DNA from: Paludibacter sp.
Lineage (GTDB): Bacteria > Bacteroidota > Bacteroidia > Bacteroidales > Paludibacteraceae
Direction of reading: 5' to 3'
Assembly: GCA_013426815.1 (NCBI GenBank)
Contig: JACDZH010000001.1
Coordinates: forward strand, 14,934-78,933
DNA: 64,000 nucleotides
Below are positions 60,856 to 64,000 of the stretch, one piece after another. The notes beneath the pieces were generated by a model. The model was not told where the DNA came from and did no database searches. It saw nothing but the letters and a program-made list of their open reading frames with translations. A program made the position numbers and the translations under genes. Position 1 is the stretch's first letter; each line of letters starts with the position of its first letter.

Positions 60856-63222
60856 TTATTTTTTAATAATTTTTTCCTGATAGTTTATCTTATTTCCAAT
60901 TAATTTTAAAATATAAGCTCCTGATTGCTTGCTTGATAAATCTACAAATTCACTTTTCTGATTTCGTACATCTTTGTGATATATATTTTTACCAGTTAAA
61001 TCGAATATGTCTAAAGCGCTAACTCCATCGGGCATATTAACTGTAAAATCGTACATAAATGGATTTGAAGAAATTGAAATTTTGCTATATAAATTTTCAG
61101 GTATTGATGAAGTCATTTGACGTACTAAAAACACGCCATCATTTTTAGGAACAGTTACTTCAGTCAGATTTTTAGCTCCGTTATTCACCACTTTATCTAA
61201 ATTACCATCGATGCGTTGAAAAGTTCCATTGAGTTGAATGGTTTTAGCATCAGGCATGGCATTGGCAATTATAATTCCATTTTCAAAATCCCGACGGAAT
61301 ATATCGGAAGCACCTTCGAAAACATATACCTGATCGAGCCATATTTTAGTAAGTTCGGCACCTACGCTTAAGGTAGGCTGAATATTGCCGCCTGTGCTTT
61401 CTTTCCAACTCATTACATGTTTATTCCATCCGGGAGTAATATATAAGGATTGATTCAAAGAACCTAATTGCACAGTCAAATGGCGTGCAGGACTTTCACT
61501 TAGAATTGCAAAACAAAGCGTATATTCTTTTCCGGCTGTAAGTGCCACTGCAGGACCTTTCAATTTTGCATCGGAAACCCTACTTCCCGGATTGGGAATA
61601 GTTGGAGTAATTAACAAGGCTCCTGACCCTTCGTAATGTTTATCAGTTACATGCGAAGCAGAAGACATTAAAGTTCCTGTCCATGCTATAGATGATGATT
61701 CAAAATCACCATTTGGCATTAAATTTTTTTCCTTTGCAAAAGTTGCACTATCGTATATTCGTTGGTATTGTCCTAATGCTTTCCCCAGCCATTTATTGTT
61801 GGCTCGTATATCGGTGGTATTTGTTATTGGAACCGATTTTCCATAATTTTCGCCTTGTAAATAAACTGCATCTTCATCAAAATAATGAAAAGCATCACCA
61901 TAACCATTCATGCTACTAAACCAGGTTCCATCGAAAAGCATCGACATGACATACGAAAAACGTACAGGAGCATTCCGAGTTTCGCCATTATCGGTATAAA
62001 GTGCACTTGCACATTTGCTTTGCACATCTGTTACCCGTGGTCCGATAACTCCATGTCCGGTTTGAGCCTTCATACTACTAAAATAGAAATTAATTTTATC
62101 ATAAGTTCCGGCCGCTTTCCCACCAACCGAAAATTGTCCATCCCAACCGGCTTCCATCTGCGTACCGTTGTTAGGCAAAACACCCCAACTTTCGGCGACA
62201 CCACCCAAGACAACTGCATTTGTACATCCACGTTTATCAAGGCCTTCTCTTACAGTTTGATAAAATGTTTCCAAACCATCGCCCCAAAAATTAGTACCAT
62301 CAGTCTCGAAACCCCAATCGGAAACTCCATTGTTATCAAAATCAGCATTTCGTGAATCAACTGAACCTCCCTCTGTAAAAGCAAAAGCGTCAGAATCGTA
62401 TAAAATGCCATCGCATACGGCATCGGCTGGTGTTCCATTTGCATTATTATCATAATTCAGGGGTAACCATTCACCAAAAGCATCGCAAGCTCTTTTTCCA
62501 TTGGCATCTTTCGGACAACGTGATGATAAATTGTAACACCAGTTGTCGTTGGTAGTTCCGTTTCCTAATTGGTGTACAGCTATTTTAGACCCTGAAGGCC
62601 ATTCTTTTGCTACACTTTTGTATCCTCTTTTAGTTATGGTAATTGAGGAGCCGTTTTTTTCAGTTACCAATACATGCTCTGCATTATCCCACGAATCAGC
62701 CGGATAAATTACGCAATACTGAGGCGTTTTAATTTTGGCTATTTCTGCTACGGCAACACTCGTTCCATCTGCGGTTAAGACACCTGTAAGTGTTGTAAAA
62801 GGTTTATAAGCAAAATGACCGGCAAAAATCTGATTATTTGCAGTTGCAGGCCCTGAAGTATTAAACGGGTATCCACTACCTTGTTTGTCAGGAGCTTCGG
62901 TGGCACCCTGCCATTCCTGTGGACAATAAATGCGCAACCAGGCCATATTGGGGTTAATAGCCTGAGCTGCTTTAACAGTACTTGTACTAAATGGTTTCCA
63001 GCAAATCATGTCGAAAAAAGCTAACTGCTGTGCCGATGGACTTTCCTTCAATGAACCTGAACTTCTTCGGGGATAACTGTCTATTACGGAGAGCTTATTT
63101 GTCTGCGTACGGGTTATTCTATCGGTAGGAGGCTGATCTTCCATCCAATCAAGTTTTTGAGCTGAAATTGTTGAAATAATAGACAATAACAGCAAAGAAA
63201 TAATTGCATGTTTGTAATTCAT
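60856..63222 (-). CDS. Uncharacterised putative glycoside hydrolase with a CBM4/9-like domain, paralogue D (788 aa, T9SS tail)
   Basis: Family motifs; CTD nearly the same as paralogue B (IFDLTGK...DLSSKQSGAYILKL.G..INYQ.KIIKK). Confidence 0.7.
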   Translation of the reverse strand: MNYKHAIISLLLLSIISTISAQKLDWMEDQPPTDRITRTQTNKLSVIDSYPRRSSGSLKESPSAQQLAFFDMICWKPFSTSTVKAAQAINPNMAWLRIYCPQEWQGATEAPDKQGSGYPFNTSGPATANNQIFAGHFAYKPFTTLTGVLTADGTSVAVAEIAKIKTPQYCVIYPADSWDNAEHVLVTEKNGSSITITKRGYKSVAKEWPSGSKIAVHQLGNGTTNDNWCYNLSSRCPKDANGKRACDAFGEWLPLNYDNNANGTPADAVCDGILYDSDAFAFTEGGSVDSRNADFDNNGVSDWGFETDGTNFWGDGLETFYQTVREGLDKRGCTNAVVLGGVAESWGVLPNNGTQMEAGWDGQFSVGGKAAGTYDKINFYFSSMKAQTGHGVIGPRVTDVQSKCASALYTDNGETRNAPVRFSYVMSMLFDGTWFSSMNGYGDAFHYFDEDAVYLQGENYGKSVPITNTTDIRANNKWLGKALGQYQRIYDSATFAKEKNLMPNGDFESSSIAWTGTLMSSASHVTDKHYEGSGALLITPTIPNPGSRVSDAKLKGPAVALTAGKEYTLCFAILSESPARHLTVQLGSLNQSLYITPGWNKHVMSWKESTGGNIQPTLSVGAELTKIWLDQVYVFEGASDIFRRDFENGIIIANAMPDAKTIQLNGTFQRIDGNLDKVVNNGAKNLTEVTVPKNDGVFLVRQMTSSIPENLYSKISISSNPFMYDFTVNMPDGVSALDIFDLTGKNIYHKDVRNQKSEFVDLSSKQSGAYILKLIGNKINYQEKIIKK

Positions 63223-63268
63223 AATATTTTATTTTTAGTTTTTACACCTTAAAAATTTAACAACTAAA

Positions 63269-64000
63269 TCAATTTTTATTAAAATGTACAACATATCCGC
63301 CCCTTTTTGCTAATCTTGCTTTCAACACATCCTTCATTTCCACTTTTACCACCGTTGAATCGGTATTCCTTGGGTTTGTGTCTGAATCAGAAGCATCCGA
63401 ACAAATTGTTGCATTGTAAGTCCCTTCTCCAAGAAAATACAGGGGAATATTAATTTTTCTTTCTGTATCGTTATTCATGGCACCAAGATACCAATCGCTG
63501 GAGTTTTGGCGGGCAATTATGATAAACTCCCCTGGATATCCATCAATTACCTTGGTCTTGTCCCAGGTAGTTGGAACAACTTTATAAAAATCAAGTCCTT
63601 CCTGACCTCTGTAGCTATCGGGTGCATCGCAGAAAATGGTTAATGCACTTTCGTAAACAACAGGCATGGCTAACTGAAAACAACGTGTACCTTGTACCAG
63701 CGGATTTTGAGCTGCCCATTTGCTTGGTATAAATTCACCGTAAGGTGCATGGTTAAAGCCTCCAGGAGTAAAGTCCATCATTCCTCCCAGCATTCGGGTA
63801 AATGGTAAATTTAGACAATGTTCTGGTGAAACTTTTTTAGAACCTTTATTAAATTCATTTCCCATTACCCCTTCGTAGGATAAAAAATTCGGATAAGTCC
63901 GGTCGAGACCGGTTGGCATGTGTGCACCGTGAAATACAACTCCGAGTTTATGTTCAGCAGCTTTATTAAGTAAGCGTTCATAAAAATTGACCATGTATTG
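63269..64000 (-). CDS. GH97 family glycoside hydrolase, C-terminal part (5' end beyond the window)
   Basis: VFHGAHMPTGLDRTYPNFLSYEGVMGNE, PFTRMLGGMMDFTPG, VPTTWDKT, WYLGAM; the frame is open to the window edge. Confidence 0.9.
   Translation of the reverse strand, partial: QYMVNFYERLLNKAAEHKLGVVFHGAHMPTGLDRTYPNFLSYEGVMGNEFNKGSKKVSPEHCLNLPFTRMLGGMMDFTPGGFNHAPYGEFIPSKWAAQNPLVQGTRCFQLAMPVVYESALTIFCDAPDSYRGQEGLDFYKVVPTTWDKTKVIDGYPGEFIIIARQNSSDWYLGAMNNDTERKINIPLYFLGEGTYNATICSDASDSDTNPRNTDSTVVKVEMKDVLKARLAKRGGYVVHFNKN

Noticed and set aside
737-62453. Short ORF-track entries overlapping long genes (e.g. 737-1201, 6359-6949, 13220-14093, 45528-46106, 49303-49605, 55590-56021, 61885-62355)
   Set aside because: Antisense or alternate-frame shadows of well-supported CDSs, with no recognisable motifs.
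1-64000. An intact, active DGR inside the window
   Set aside because: No ORF has reverse-transcriptase motifs, and no TR/VR pair with adenine-only mismatches was found. Only relic-like pieces are present.
1-64000. rRNA and tRNA genes
   Set aside because: No conserved rRNA segments or cloverleaf/T-loop signatures were seen in the intergenic regions.

Overview
AT-rich Bacteroidota (Bacteroidales, probably Paludibacter-like; taxonomy inferred from T9SS C-terminal domains, TAnnTTTG promoter boxes and repeat types) chromosomal window with three zones. (1) 1-12.9 kb, cell-surface locus: at least four tandem secreted FGE/SUMF1-fold (C-type-lectin-like) paralogues with divergent C-termini; a non-genic, Asn-codon-rich copy of their C-terminal segment (6140-6244) resembling a decayed diversity-generating-retroelement (DGR) template repeat; a 1894-aa T9SS protein with 43 tandem GGxGRGD-type repeats; and a small protein with a PEP/PID-CTERM-like tail. 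(2) 13-25.7 kb, mostly housekeeping: CoA transferase, pepD, a single-chain restriction-modification enzyme, an M16 peptidase, a C1 peptidase broken by one TAG, and a LiaF-like/membrane-LytTR pair. (3) 26-64 kb, a carbohydrate-degradation island with no susC/susD or regulator in view: GH36, GH9, GH2, a sulfatase, a GH55-like beta-helix protein, a lambda-carrageenase (CglA) homologue with both a Tat motif and a T9SS tail, a partial GH97 and four paralogues of an uncharacterised putative glycosidase family. This zone is interrupted by a YoeB toxin-antitoxin pair, a probable fossil DGR cassette (FGE target with a VR-like end and internal TGA, plus a 5' stub of an HRDC-type accessory gene), an IS4 relic and other pseudogenes. 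No reverse transcriptase, CRISPR array, rRNA or tRNA was recognised. All family assignments come from motif recognition by eye; no searches were run.
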